33,772 nt of DNA from contig JANOQV010000207.1 of NCBI GenBank assembly GCA_031414955.1, positions 1 through 33,772 of the forward strand. Reading direction: 5' to 3'. Source of the stretch: Pedosphaera sp. (GTDB taxonomy: Bacteria > Verrucomicrobiota > Verrucomicrobiia > Limisphaerales > SIBH01). Below the pieces are notes generated by a model that searched no databases, was not told the origin of the DNA, and worked only from the letters and a program-made list of their open reading frames with translations. Of this stretch, positions 15,353 to 24,918 are shown piece by piece. The translations under genes were made by a program, and so were the position numbers. Each line of letters begins with the position of its first letter. The first letter of the stretch is position 1.

Positions 15353-18217
15353 TCAGCGCCGGACACGATAGAAGCGCGCCGGGCTGGCACTGAGCGGAAC
15401 CGTGTGCCCACCGGGCAGCGCATCACCCACACAAGTCCACGGACCCGTAATGCTGGTCGCACATTCGAGACCGCCGCCATAAACCCAACTGATGACGGCG
15501 TTGGTGCCAGACTTCGAGATGGTCATGAGCGGCCGCGGCGCCGCCGCGGCCGTGTTCACTTCGATCTCGTCGATGTCAGTGTTGGTGTCGGGGACTTTGA
15601 TGCGGATGCCTGTGGCGTCGATGGGCGGGCCGCTGGCTGAGACATCGAACCGATGCCGGAGATGAGGATTGAAAGCCGGCGGTTCGGCCCGGCGGTAATT
15701 GATGGTGCCGAGATTCTCCCATCCGGTCGAGGCGTCACCTGTCTCGGCGGTGCTGCCGTCGGGGCTGGCCACGGTGGTGAATTGCAACGTGTAAACGCCG
15801 AGCACACGATCCGTGGCGGTGCCGCCGCAGCAATCAGCAGCGGTGTTACCGTTGTCACGCGACCAGGCGAGATTGGTGATCGAGACGCTGCCGTTGAAAT
15901 TCAGGCCGATGAACGGCGCCGGATCCGGGAGGGTGAAGTTGGGAATCCAACTGTTCGCGTTGCCGTAACGGCCGTCGTTGACGTTCGGAATAAAATGCAC
16001 GCCGAAGTCGAGATAGCTGCTGCCGAAGGCCGTCGTGCCGCTCGTGGCCAGCGCACGATTCGGCGGCGGCGGAGCGACCAGGGATGGATTGTTGTAGTGA
16101 CCGTCGTTGCCATCCCAGCCGATGGCATAGCCAATGGCCGGAGTGGTTTCGAGCGCGGGCGGAGGAGGAAGAGGCGGAGGCGGCGTGACGGAAGTGTTGA
16201 TCTCGATCTCATCGATCGCAGTGTTCCCATTGGCGACCTTGATGCGAATACCGGTCGCATCCAGCGGCAGACCACCAGCCGAGATGTCGAAGCGGTGGCG
16301 CAAGTAAGGCGTAAAGAACGAAGGCGCCGCCGCGACGTAAGTGACGGTGCCGGCATCCTGCCAACCCGTCGCAGCATCGCCGGTGTCGGGCGTGACCGCA
16401 TCTGGCGCGGCCACGGTGGTGTATTGCAAACGATAGGTATCGAGCGCGCGATCCGTGAGCGTGCCGCCGCAGCAATCGCCGCCGACGTTTCCGTTGTCGC
16501 GGCCCCAGGCGATGTTCGTGATGCCCACGCTGCCGCCAAAGTTCAAACCCACGAACGGATCAGGGTCCGAGGTGCCACCGATGCCGTTGGCCGAAATCCA
16601 ACTGTTGGCGTTGCCGTACAGCCCGTCGTTGAGATTCACCGCGAGATGAAACGGAAGGGCCAGGATGGTTCCAAGACCGCTGCTGGCAAAGGGCGTTGTC
16701 CCAGCCGCCACGAGGGCTTGGTTTGTGGGCGGAGCCGCGCCCACGGCGGGATCGTAGAAATGGCCGTCGTTGCCGTCCCAGACGATGGTGTTACCCGGCG
16801 CATTGGTGATCCGCACCAGGTTGTTCTCGATGGCGAGATTCGGATTCACTTCGATCTCGTCGATGTCGGCGTTGGCGTTCGGAACCATGATCCGGAGGCC
16901 CGTGGCGAAAACAGGATTGCCGCCCTGACTCACGTCGAACCGATGGCGCAGGTGGGAATTGAAGTAGGTCACGTTGTTCGCCTTGTAGTTGATGGTGCCG
17001 ACCGTGACCCAGCCGGAATCAGGATTCGGTCCGCAGGCATCGGGCGTCAGGACGCCGGGATTTGTCACCGTGGTGTACTGCAACACATACACGCCGAGCG
17101 AGCGATCCGTGAACGAGCCTTCAACTGAATTTCCGTTGTCCCGGCCCCACGCGACGTTGCGCAGCGCGATGCGGCGGCCAAAGTTGAGGCCCGCAAACGG
17201 CGCTGGGTCGCCACCGATGAAATTGGGAATCCAACTGTTGGCGTTCCCGTAAAGTCCATCGTTCAAATTCACCGCGCGATGGAAAGGCAAGGCCAGCACC
17301 GGGCCGAGATCCGTGCTCGTGAAAGGGGTGGCACCTCGCACCGTGGAAGCGTCGTTGACCGGCACGGGAGCGGGATCGGCTGGCGTGCTGTATTTCCCCT
17401 CGTTCAGATCCCAGACAAGGCCGAAGCCCGCCGCCGGGGTAATCTCGATGAAGTCGGCAATCGGCGGCACGGGATCGGGAATCGGGTTCACCTCGATCTC
17501 GTCCATGCAGATGTTCGGGTCCGACACCTTGAATCGGATGCCCGTGGCGGCGACGGGCGAACCGCCCTGCGCGATGTCGAAGCGGTGGCGCAGGTAGCCG
17601 GTGAAGTTCAGGTCATCCGCACCCGCCGCATATTGAATGGTGCCGAGGTTGGCCCAACCGGTGGCGGGATCGCCTGTCTCAGCGGTGCTCCCGTCCGGTG
17701 CGGCCACCGTGGTGTACTGGAGAGTGTAGAGGCCGACGTTGCGGTCGGTGCAGGTGCCCGCCGCACATCCGCCCTCGGTGGCGTCGCCGTTGTCGCGGCT
17801 CCACGCGACGCTGGAGACGTTCACGCTGGAGGCGAATCTCAGACCGATGAAGGGGTTCGCGTCCGGGATGGTGAAGTTGGCAATCCAACTGTGCGAGTTG
17901 CCATAGAGCGCGTCGTTGATATTGGCGATGAGGTGGACGCCCGCGCCGTACTCCGTGCTGCCGAAGGCCGTCGTGCCATTGCTGGCCAGCGCGACGTTGT
18001 TCGACGGCCCGGCCCCGGAGTCGGGACTGGTGAACCCTCCGTTGTTGCCGCTCCAGGTGATGCTGAATCCGGCGGCAGGCGTGAGCAGCAGGCGCGGATG
18101 CGTGGCGGCGTGAAGGCTCGCGGCTCCGAGCAACGTGAGCACGATGATGGAACCGATGGATCTCGTCGCCTGGAGGCCACGAGGCTGGGCATGACTGCGG
18201 TTTGGATTTGTTTGCAT
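15353..18217 (-). CDS. Secreted protein with four tandem ~200-aa discoidin/lectin-like repeats and a C-terminal F/Y-R tail
   Basis: Signal peptide ending LLGAASLHA. Four repeats, each with W.gN.G, H..N.NDG.YGN..SWI, F.GL.F, AW.RDNG, TDR..G.Y.LQYTTV, GW..GT..Y, LRHRFD, ATG.R and DEIE.N. Ends ARFYRVRR. Confidence 0.88.
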   Translation of the reverse strand: MQTNPNRSHAQPRGLQATRSIGSIIVLTLLGAASLHAATHPRLLLTPAAGFSITWSGNNGGFTSPDSGAGPSNNVALASNGTTAFGSTEYGAGVHLIANINDALYGNSHSWIANFTIPDANPFIGLRFASSVNVSSVAWSRDNGDATEGGCAAGTCTDRNVGLYTLQYTTVAAPDGSTAETGDPATGWANLGTIQYAAGADDLNFTGYLRHRFDIAQGGSPVAATGIRFKVSDPNICMDEIEVNPIPDPVPPIADFIEITPAAGFGLVWDLNEGKYSTPADPAPVPVNDASTVRGATPFTSTDLGPVLALPFHRAVNLNDGLYGNANSWIPNFIGGDPAPFAGLNFGRRIALRNVAWGRDNGNSVEGSFTDRSLGVYVLQYTTVTNPGVLTPDACGPNPDSGWVTVGTINYKANNVTYFNSHLRHRFDVSQGGNPVFATGLRIMVPNANADIDEIEVNPNLAIENNLVRITNAPGNTIVWDGNDGHFYDPAVGAAPPTNQALVAAGTTPFASSGLGTILALPFHLAVNLNDGLYGNANSWISANGIGGTSDPDPFVGLNFGGSVGITNIAWGRDNGNVGGDCCGGTLTDRALDTYRLQYTTVAAPDAVTPDTGDAATGWQDAGTVTYVAAAPSFFTPYLRHRFDISAGGLPLDATGIRIKVANGNTAIDEIEINTSVTPPPPLPPPPALETTPAIGYAIGWDGNDGHYNNPSLVAPPPPNRALATSGTTAFGSSYLDFGVHFIPNVNDGRYGNANSWIPNFTLPDPAPFIGLNFNGSVSITNLAWSRDNGNTAADCCGGTATDRVLGVYTLQFTTVASPDGSTAETGDASTGWENLGTINYRRAEPPAFNPHLRHRFDVSASGPPIDATGIRIKVPDTNTDIDEIEVNTAAAAPRPLMTISKSGTNAVISWVYGGGLECATSITGPWTCVGDALPGGHTVPLSASPARFYRVRR
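15554..18094 (-). repeat. Four intragenic tandem domain repeats (approx. 18094-17486, 17452-16844, 16820-16196, 16153-15554)
   Basis: The recurring motif set is visible in the translation and in the DNA, e.g. ATCCAACTG and TCGATCTCRTC in every copy. Confidence 0.9.
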
Positions 18218-18240
18218 GGTTTTGTTTGGAGTTGCTGTGT

Positions 18241-21200
18241 TTATTGAAGTCGTATCCGGAAGAAGCGCTGCGGCTCCGGGCCGACAGGCACGTCAAGCAC
18301 AAGGCTGTTCGTGACGGCAGCCTGCACGCCACCGATCGGAAGCCAGACCGGTGCGTCGAGAGTGTTCTTGTATTCGATCTGATAGCTGCGCCCCGGCAAG
18401 GCGCTGATATTGAAATGCAGCACGCCCGAATCCGCCGTGACACTCGTGACTGTGGGAGCCGACGGCGCACCCAATTGGTTCGGCGCGCGCGGTGTCCAGT
18501 TGGTCATCAGGAAACTCGTGCCCAGCGCGCCATCTGGGAACAGACCCTGACTCACGTTCAGGAACTGCGCGCCGAAGGTCACCGTGTGCTGTGGCGAAAG
18601 GCCGTCGGGCGCGAAGAGGCCCATCTCTTCGCCGCCGTTGCTCAGTTTGAAGTTCGCATGCAGGTCGGCGTTCGTCGGCGAGTTTTGCAAACCGTTCTCG
18701 TCCGCCCACACGACGAGGAAGCCGCGCGCGGCGATGATTGTATTCGACGGGATGAGAAACTTGGTCGGATTGGCGAGATCGTCCGTCAGGTAGAAACCAG
18801 TCAGGTTCACCAGAGTGAAGTTGGGGTTGAACAGCTCGAACCAGTCCTGAAACAGGCCGTCGCCGTGATCCACGAAACCCCACGGGCCGGCGTTGTTCGC
18901 CATCCACTCATTGATCACCACGGGCACGATTCCGGAAGACGCGGTGTTGGTGATACTGATGGCATCCACCAGGTTTGTGCGGTGGACGCCGAGGTAATCC
19001 ACCCCCTGCAAGGTGAGAAAGTTCGTCCCGGCCGCGAGCGGAACGAGCATCGACCAGTTGGTGATGCTCGTCCAGACGATCGGCCGCGGCACGCCGTTCA
19101 CGTCGATGACGTTCAAGTCAATCCAGCCCGTCCCGGCAAGCGTCACGAAGTTGGTGTTGACCGTGAAGCCGAGGCCGCCATTCGAAGTGATGGCGAAAGG
19201 CACCGCGGCAGGTAACTGCGAGAGCGCGAAGGCACGACGGCTCGCGATGTAACTCGCCGCCGCGGAATAATTTTGGCCCACCACACTGGCGTAGTGGCCC
19301 AGCCACGGGTTCATGTATTCCGTATTGAAGGACGTCTGACAGAGGTCGTTGACGTGATAGAGATACCTTCGCAGCGTCGCCGGATGGTTCATCAGCTTGC
19401 CGAGATTCGAACCCGACGTGATGAGGATGGGGCTGCCGGTGGAAGCGTTGAACACGAAATCCATATCCCACGCCAACAGTTGAGCCGGGTCGCCATCCGG
19501 GAACGTCACCAGCCGGAGATTGTGCGGAAGCTGACCAGCGGCGGAATTGATGTAGGTGTCGCCGATGCCGCAGAGAATCTCCATCGCCGCCATTCTCAAA
19601 GCCTGATCCACGTTCAGCACACTGGCGATCTGCGCGTCGAATTGCGCCTGCGGCAATCCCATCACCTGGCACAGAGCCATCAAACCCGCGTAGTCATCGC
19701 GGCGATTCCCCAGGCGGATGTCGAAGGGCGAACGGTATTGCTCCTTGTCGCCGAGGTCGGTGAAGTCGGTGCCAAGGTGGCCCTGGTGCGGGACGGGCAG
19801 CTTGATCGATTCCACGCCACCGTCCGTGGTCGTGTCCGGCTCGTAGGTGATGTCCATGTTGAACACCGATCCGTCCGCGCCGAACTGCTCCTCTACGAAG
19901 CTGCCCCCGTAGCCAGCCAATTGCAGGATGGCCGTCCCCGTGTGGACGGTGCGTGGTGCGATGAAGTAGCAGAGGTCGCTGTAGGGAACCGGAATGCCGG
20001 CGCGATGAAACAGGTGCAGGACGTAGATTTCGTCCTGCGCCCGAATCGTCGGCCCGCGACCGGAGCGATCGATGCCGAGGTTGTTCTGCACCCCGCGGAA
20101 CAACTGCCCCGGCGGAAAATCCACGTCGTAGCTCACGTAGTTGTCGCCGTCGCGGATGCGGCTCGCGGCGGTGCCCTGCAACTTCGCGCCCGCGTCGTAG
20201 AAGACTTCCGAGCGATCGTAGATCAGCGTCGCGCCATTGCGCGCGTTGCTCATCACGTTGGTGGCGTTAAGCATGAAATCGCGGTCGGCATCGAGCATGA
20301 TGAGCCTCAACTCGTGCGCCGCGAGCGCGCTCCCCTGCCCGTCCGCCACCTGGTAGAGCGCGCGCGAATCCGGCCCTTTGACCGGCGCGAACGCTGCTGC
20401 TCCGAGCGCGTCCGTCGCGGTCACGTAAAAGTGGACAATCTTCCCCGCCGTCTGCCCGGGAATGATCGCCGTCCAGACCCCAGTTGATTGCAAGGTCATC
20501 GGCAGCGTGGTGAAGGTCGTCGTCGGATTCACCCGGTAATTCAACGTGGCGGACCCGACGCCATTCGGGTCGCGGGCGCGAACGGAAATGATCACGGCCT
20601 CGCCTGCCGCCGGAACCACCGGGGAATGCTGCAAGCTGGCGAAGGTCGGCGCTGCGTTGGTCACATGCCGCGTGTTGGGCGCGCCCGGCGTGCCGAGCCT
20701 CGTCGGCATGGTCAGAGTCGTGGTCTTCGCCAGCTTGCTGAAATAGGCGCGCGTATTGACCTGCGGTGAACCAGCCATCCACCGCGCGCGGTAGCTGACT
20801 TCGTAGATTTGGCCGTTGGTCAGCGTCGTGTTGTTGAGGAACATCGTCTCGAGGTGGTTGTGGTTCATCACCGCCCGATCCTCGGCCGAAAGTTTGAGAA
20901 CGTGGTTTCCGCCGTTGTCCGGATCGATGACGAACTCGCCGCGATGATGTCCGAGGAAACGCCAGTGCGTGTTGCCGGTGGTCGTCTCGAAACCCCCATT
21001 CTGGATGAGGTGCTGCTGTGCGCCGTCCGGGTCGCGCACCACGCTTACGTCGTCGAGCAGCACAATGCCCTTGTCGAGCAGGCCCATTCGGAATTCATTC
21101 CAGCGCGTCGAGCCGTAGTTCTGTCCGGCCACCATCCGATAGGTCACAGTCTGCCAAGTTCCCTTCGCGCTCTCGTCACTGTCCGCCCACGCCTCGGCAC

Positions 21201-24200
21201 TGAGGCGATCCGCAGCGACATCGCGCAACTCCAGGCTCGAGCCGCCGCCATCGCTCCAACCGCTCTCGAAGATGCGCGTCTCGTCCACCGGGTTGCCCGC
21301 CGCATCGCGCAGCAGAAAGCGCTCGCCGCCTTCGAGCCGCCCGGAGAAATCACCGACGATGCTGCCGGCGACTTCGGGCCACTTGGCCTGGAGCGCCGCC
21401 GCCTCCCGCGCCACCACCACAAATCCGCCAGGCGCAACAATCGGCCCGTTCGTGAAACGAAAATCGATGCCCGCATCCAGCCGCCAGCCGGTGAGATCCA
21501 CGTTGTTGCTGGAACGATTGAAAAGTTCGACCCATTCCTCGCCAGACTTCTGATAGGCCAGTGCGGGCGACAGCGTGGTCGTGAGTGACAATTCCGCACC
21601 GAAGGCAATGTCGCCGGTCGTGTCTGGCGGATTCACTTCGAGTTCATCGATGCAAGTGCCACTGCCAATTCCTGTGGCGGGAACCAGCAACCGAACACCG
21701 GTGGCTGTGACGGGCGTGAAAGTAAAACGATGCCGGCGCGACGGCGCGGTGAACAATCCGCTCCCCGCATTCTGGTAATTCAAAGTGCCGATGGTCGCCC
21801 AGCCGGTGTCCGGATTGCCCGTGAAGGTTGTCCCTGTGCCGGGCACCGCGACACGCGTGTATTGCAGGGTGTAGGTGCCGAGCGCGCGGTCAGCAAACCC
21901 GCCCGTGTTGTCGCGACCAAAGGCGATGCTGCTGACGGCGTTGGTGGCACTGAAGCGAATCCCCGCGTAGCCCGGGCTGCCTGAGTTGCCGATCCAACTG
22001 AAGCTGTTGCCATAGGCACCGTCGTTGAGGTGGAGGAAATCGTGAATCGGATAGCCCGCGAGTGAATCGATGACGAACGGAACCGAGCCAGGTTGTCGGG
22101 CGAGGTTCATCGGCGGCGCACCGCCGAACGGTCCTTCCTCGACCAACGACAGGCCGCCTCCACTCAGGACGATCCCGGCGGAAGTCACACTCGAAGCCTG
22201 ATGCACTTCCACCGCCAACACGTTCACGCCGGGCAGAAGTGAACTGGCCGGCACGACGATGGGATTCACGTAGCCCGCGTCGCCCACCGGGCTGAGTGCG
22301 GAAGTGGAATACGCAACCGGCCCGGCCGGCATGTTCAGCCGATAAATCTCCGCACCGTTCAGATAGAAGACCGCACCATCATCGACGACCGCCCGCACAT
22401 CGAGGGTCACGTTGCTCGTTGCCCCGCTGAAGTTGAAACTCTGGCGGAAGTAATAGGTCGAGCGATTGGCCGCGAGCGTGGTGTTCGTCGCCGCCGGCGT
22501 CAGGCCGGTGTTGAAGGCGAGCAAACCCGCGCCGCTGGGCCAGGCGCTGTCGTCATACCCTGCGTCTCGCCACGCGGAACCGAGATCCGTGCCCGTATCA
22601 TTGAACCGCCAGGCACCATTGATGGGCACCACGTTGAGGTTGGTCGTCACCGCCGGCACCGGGTCGATGGGCGGCGCGTGATACATGATCTCGTTGATGA
22701 CAATCTCGTTGTGCAGCGAAACCACATTCGAGGAGCCGGGCGTGGGCGCAGAGGGATACATCCAGTCGCCGACGCCATCCGGAAATCGTCCGCGCGAATT
22801 CGTCTTCGCGGTCACGGCATCCAGCAGGGCGAAGCGGCCGGACGTGTGGAGGAAAAGCTTGTCATTTTCCGACGCCCCAAAACCCAACTGCGCCTGGGTC
22901 AAAGCCACGATCCCGCCCGACCCGAGTGACTGAGGGGCAAAGACAAAACCGTTTGTCCCGCCACTCGTGACTTCCACGCCGGCCAGTTCCACGGCGGTGC
23001 TGCCATGATTGATGATCTCCAACCAGAAGCTGTTGCTGCTCGCCGCCGAGACTTCATTGAAGGCCAGCTTGGGCAGAGGTGGGAGAACGTCCGTCGCGGT
23101 TAGTTCCAGCCCGAACACCGCGTCGAAAGTCGGCACTGCGGGCGGGTTGATTTCAATTTCATCGATTGTGTTGCTCACCGCCGGACGCAGGCGCAGGCCG
23201 GTGGCGAGAATGGGCTGCCCGTTCGTCGCCACGAAGTCGAACCGGTGCCGCAGGTACGGCGTGAAGCCCGGCTGCGCGCTCAAGAACTGCACCGTGGCGA
23301 TGGTCGTCCAGCCATTGGAGGGGCTTGTCGCGTTGTTGGAGATGGCGGCCGGGTTCGTGACGAGCGTGTATTGAAAGGTGTAATTGCCCAAGGTGCGATC
23401 CGTGCAAGTGCCACCGCAGGCCACATCGTTTGTGTCGCCGTTGTCCCGGCTCCACGCGATGCTCGACAAGGGAATCGTCTGGTTGAAACGCAGAATGACC
23501 GACGAACTGAGGTCATTCGAAGTCGGCGACCACGCGCTGCCGGTTCCGTAACGCCCGTCGTTGAGATTCGATGCGAGGTTCGTGTTGCTGGTGGTGAAAA
23601 CCTCGACACCGAGCGAGGCCCGCGCCGCGTTGGTCGGAGCCAGCGCCGGTGTGAACGGCGTTGAAAAGTCGCCTTCGCTCCCGTCCCAAACGGTGGAGTA
23701 AGCCGAGGTGTTAATGATGCGCAACCCGGCGTTGGTTGTCGCCGCCGACTGATGCAACTCCACCGCGAGGACATTTTCTCCCGCGACCAGATTAGCGGCC
23801 GGCAGGCTGATCGGAGCGCCGAACGCAGCATTCGCCACCGAGGCCGAGGCCGTCGTGGCATAATTGACCGAGCCGGGCGGCATGTTCACCCGCTGAATCT
23901 CGACGCCGTTAAGGTAAATGACCGCGCCATCGTCGAGCAGCGGCCGCGCACTCAACAGCTTCAACGCCGGATCGCCTGCCATGTTGAAGGTCGTGCGGAA
24001 GTAATACGTGCTGCGCCCCGGCGTGAGCGGCGTGTTCTTGGGGCCGGGCAAGGCGGCGTCCTCGTAATAAAACAACGCCGCGCCGCTCGCCCAAGCACTG
24101 TCGTCAAATCCTGGCGCCCGCCACGCCGCGCCGAGATCGACGCCGCCGTCGTGGAAACGCCAGGTGCTCGCGAGCGCGATAACATTGGTCTGTGCGCCGG

Positions 24201-24831
24201 TGAAGACGGTCGTGACGAAGTTCGCTACCCCGGGCGTGCCGCCGGGTTGCAGGCTCAACACCCAGTTCTCCGCCGGGCCGCTGGCCAGATTGGAATTCCG
24301 TTTCGCCAGCGACATTCCCGAGCCATCCGCACCCGCGGGCCAGTCGCCATCGACGCCGTAGTTCACGGAGTCCATGAGTCGGTTGGCGTTATCGCGCAAT
24401 CTCACTTCATCGCCTTTGTTCGAGAGCCGTCCGGAGAACGGCCCCAGCACATTCGTCATTCCAGTCGCCGCCATCAGCGCGGCGGGCGAAACCGCCACGA
24501 CCAATTGTGCTCCGCCCCGAATCACCGCTCCAGTCGGGAAAGTGTAATCGATGCCGCCCGTGAGCCTCCATCCGCCGAGGTCCACATCCACCGAGTTCTG
24601 GTTGTGCAGTTCCACCCACTCCAGCGCGGCCTCGTTGGTGGCGGGGTGATACATGACCTCGTTGAAGACCACAACGCTGTCCGCGAAAGCGACTTCAGCG
24701 CAGAGGACCAGCACCACCGACAAAAAGGTGATGCATCGAGTCAATCGTGCCGTGATGAAAGGGAGGCAGCCACCATTAGCCGGAACCCGGGCGCGCAACA
24801 TCGCCGGCAAGCCATTGGTTGTTTGGGGCAT
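18241..24831 (-). CDS. Giant secreted protein: lamin-tail domains (LTD), galactose-binding-like sandwiches, two lectin-like modules, a CotH-like kinase domain and a C-terminal F/Y-R tail
   Basis: LTD motifs VVFNEVMYHP..EWVELHN..VDLGGWRL, LAFNEV..WLEIIN, IVINEIMYH..EWVELFN and VVINEWMA..DWFELFN. CotH-like region with D.Y..HN..LAWDMDF. Ends QRFFRIRLQ. The start is uncertain (24831 or 24801; the ORF track gives 24909). Confidence 0.85.
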   Translation of the reverse strand: MPQTTNGLPAMLRARVPANGGCLPFITARLTRCITFLSVVLVLCAEVAFADSVVVFNEVMYHPATNEAALEWVELHNQNSVDVDLGGWRLTGGIDYTFPTGAVIRGGAQLVVAVSPAALMAATGMTNVLGPFSGRLSNKGDEVRLRDNANRLMDSVNYGVDGDWPAGADGSGMSLAKRNSNLASGPAENWVLSLQPGGTPGVANFVTTVFTGAQTNVIALASTWRFHDGGVDLGAAWRAPGFDDSAWASGAALFYYEDAALPGPKNTPLTPGRSTYYFRTTFNMAGDPALKLLSARPLLDDGAVIYLNGVEIQRVNMPPGSVNYATTASASVANAAFGAPISLPAANLVAGENVLAVELHQSAATTNAGLRIINTSAYSTVWDGSEGDFSTPFTPALAPTNAARASLGVEVFTTSNTNLASNLNDGRYGTGSAWSPTSNDLSSSVILRFNQTIPLSSIAWSRDNGDTNDVACGGTCTDRTLGNYTFQYTLVTNPAAISNNATSPSNGWTTIATVQFLSAQPGFTPYLRHRFDFVATNGQPILATGLRLRPAVSNTIDEIEINPPAVPTFDAVFGLELTATDVLPPLPKLAFNEVSAASSNSFWLEIINHGSTAVELAGVEVTSGGTNGFVFAPQSLGSGGIVALTQAQLGFGASENDKLFLHTSGRFALLDAVTAKTNSRGRFPDGVGDWMYPSAPTPGSSNVVSLHNEIVINEIMYHAPPIDPVPAVTTNLNVVPINGAWRFNDTGTDLGSAWRDAGYDDSAWPSGAGLLAFNTGLTPAATNTTLAANRSTYYFRQSFNFSGATSNVTLDVRAVVDDGAVFYLNGAEIYRLNMPAGPVAYSTSALSPVGDAGYVNPIVVPASSLLPGVNVLAVEVHQASSVTSAGIVLSGGGLSLVEEGPFGGAPPMNLARQPGSVPFVIDSLAGYPIHDFLHLNDGAYGNSFSWIGNSGSPGYAGIRFSATNAVSSIAFGRDNTGGFADRALGTYTLQYTRVAVPGTGTTFTGNPDTGWATIGTLNYQNAGSGLFTAPSRRHRFTFTPVTATGVRLLVPATGIGSGTCIDELEVNPPDTTGDIAFGAELSLTTTLSPALAYQKSGEEWVELFNRSSNNVDLTGWRLDAGIDFRFTNGPIVAPGGFVVVAREAAALQAKWPEVAGSIVGDFSGRLEGGERFLLRDAAGNPVDETRIFESGWSDGGGSSLELRDVAADRLSAEAWADSDESAKGTWQTVTYRMVAGQNYGSTRWNEFRMGLLDKGIVLLDDVSVVRDPDGAQQHLIQNGGFETTTGNTHWRFLGHHRGEFVIDPDNGGNHVLKLSAEDRAVMNHNHLETMFLNNTTLTNGQIYEVSYRARWMAGSPQVNTRAYFSKLAKTTTLTMPTRLGTPGAPNTRHVTNAAPTFASLQHSPVVPAAGEAVIISVRARDPNGVGSATLNYRVNPTTTFTTLPMTLQSTGVWTAIIPGQTAGKIVHFYVTATDALGAAAFAPVKGPDSRALYQVADGQGSALAAHELRLIMLDADRDFMLNATNVMSNARNGATLIYDRSEVFYDAGAKLQGTAASRIRDGDNYVSYDVDFPPGQLFRGVQNNLGIDRSGRGPTIRAQDEIYVLHLFHRAGIPVPYSDLCYFIAPRTVHTGTAILQLAGYGGSFVEEQFGADGSVFNMDITYEPDTTTDGGVESIKLPVPHQGHLGTDFTDLGDKEQYRSPFDIRLGNRRDDYAGLMALCQVMGLPQAQFDAQIASVLNVDQALRMAAMEILCGIGDTYINSAAGQLPHNLRLVTFPDGDPAQLLAWDMDFVFNASTGSPILITSGSNLGKLMNHPATLRRYLYHVNDLCQTSFNTEYMNPWLGHYASVVGQNYSAAASYIASRRAFALSQLPAAVPFAITSNGGLGFTVNTNFVTLAGTGWIDLNVIDVNGVPRPIVWTSITNWSMLVPLAAGTNFLTLQGVDYLGVHRTNLVDAISITNTASSGIVPVVINEWMANNAGPWGFVDHGDGLFQDWFELFNPNFTLVNLTGFYLTDDLANPTKFLIPSNTIIAARGFLVVWADENGLQNSPTNADLHANFKLSNGGEEMGLFAPDGLSPQHTVTFGAQFLNVSQGLFPDGALGTSFLMTNWTPRAPNQLGAPSAPTVTSVTADSGVLHFNISALPGRSYQIEYKNTLDAPVWLPIGGVQAAVTNSLVLDVPVGPEPQRFFRIRLQ

Positions 24832-24864
24832 GGAAAAGGAGGTTAGGGAGAACTTCAGGAAAGG

Positions 24865-24885
24865 CCATACCCCCGAAAGGGGGGA
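24865..24885. promoter_or_regulatory. Candidate response-regulator binding site, copy 1
   Basis: CCATACCCCCGAAAGGGGGGA, an imperfect 7-4-7 palindrome, 17/21 identical to 33606-33626. Both copies lie upstream of minus-strand transcription units. Confidence 0.5.
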
Positions 24886-24918
24886 ACACGGAAACTGCCA
24901 CCAACCCACAGAAGACGT

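Noticed and set aside
15554..18094. Periodic DNA repeats as a possible CRISPR array or DGR template/variable repeat
   Set aside because: The period is about 640 bp, in frame within a CDS, with codon-type divergence. There are no cas or reverse transcriptase genes and no adenine-specific differences were seen.
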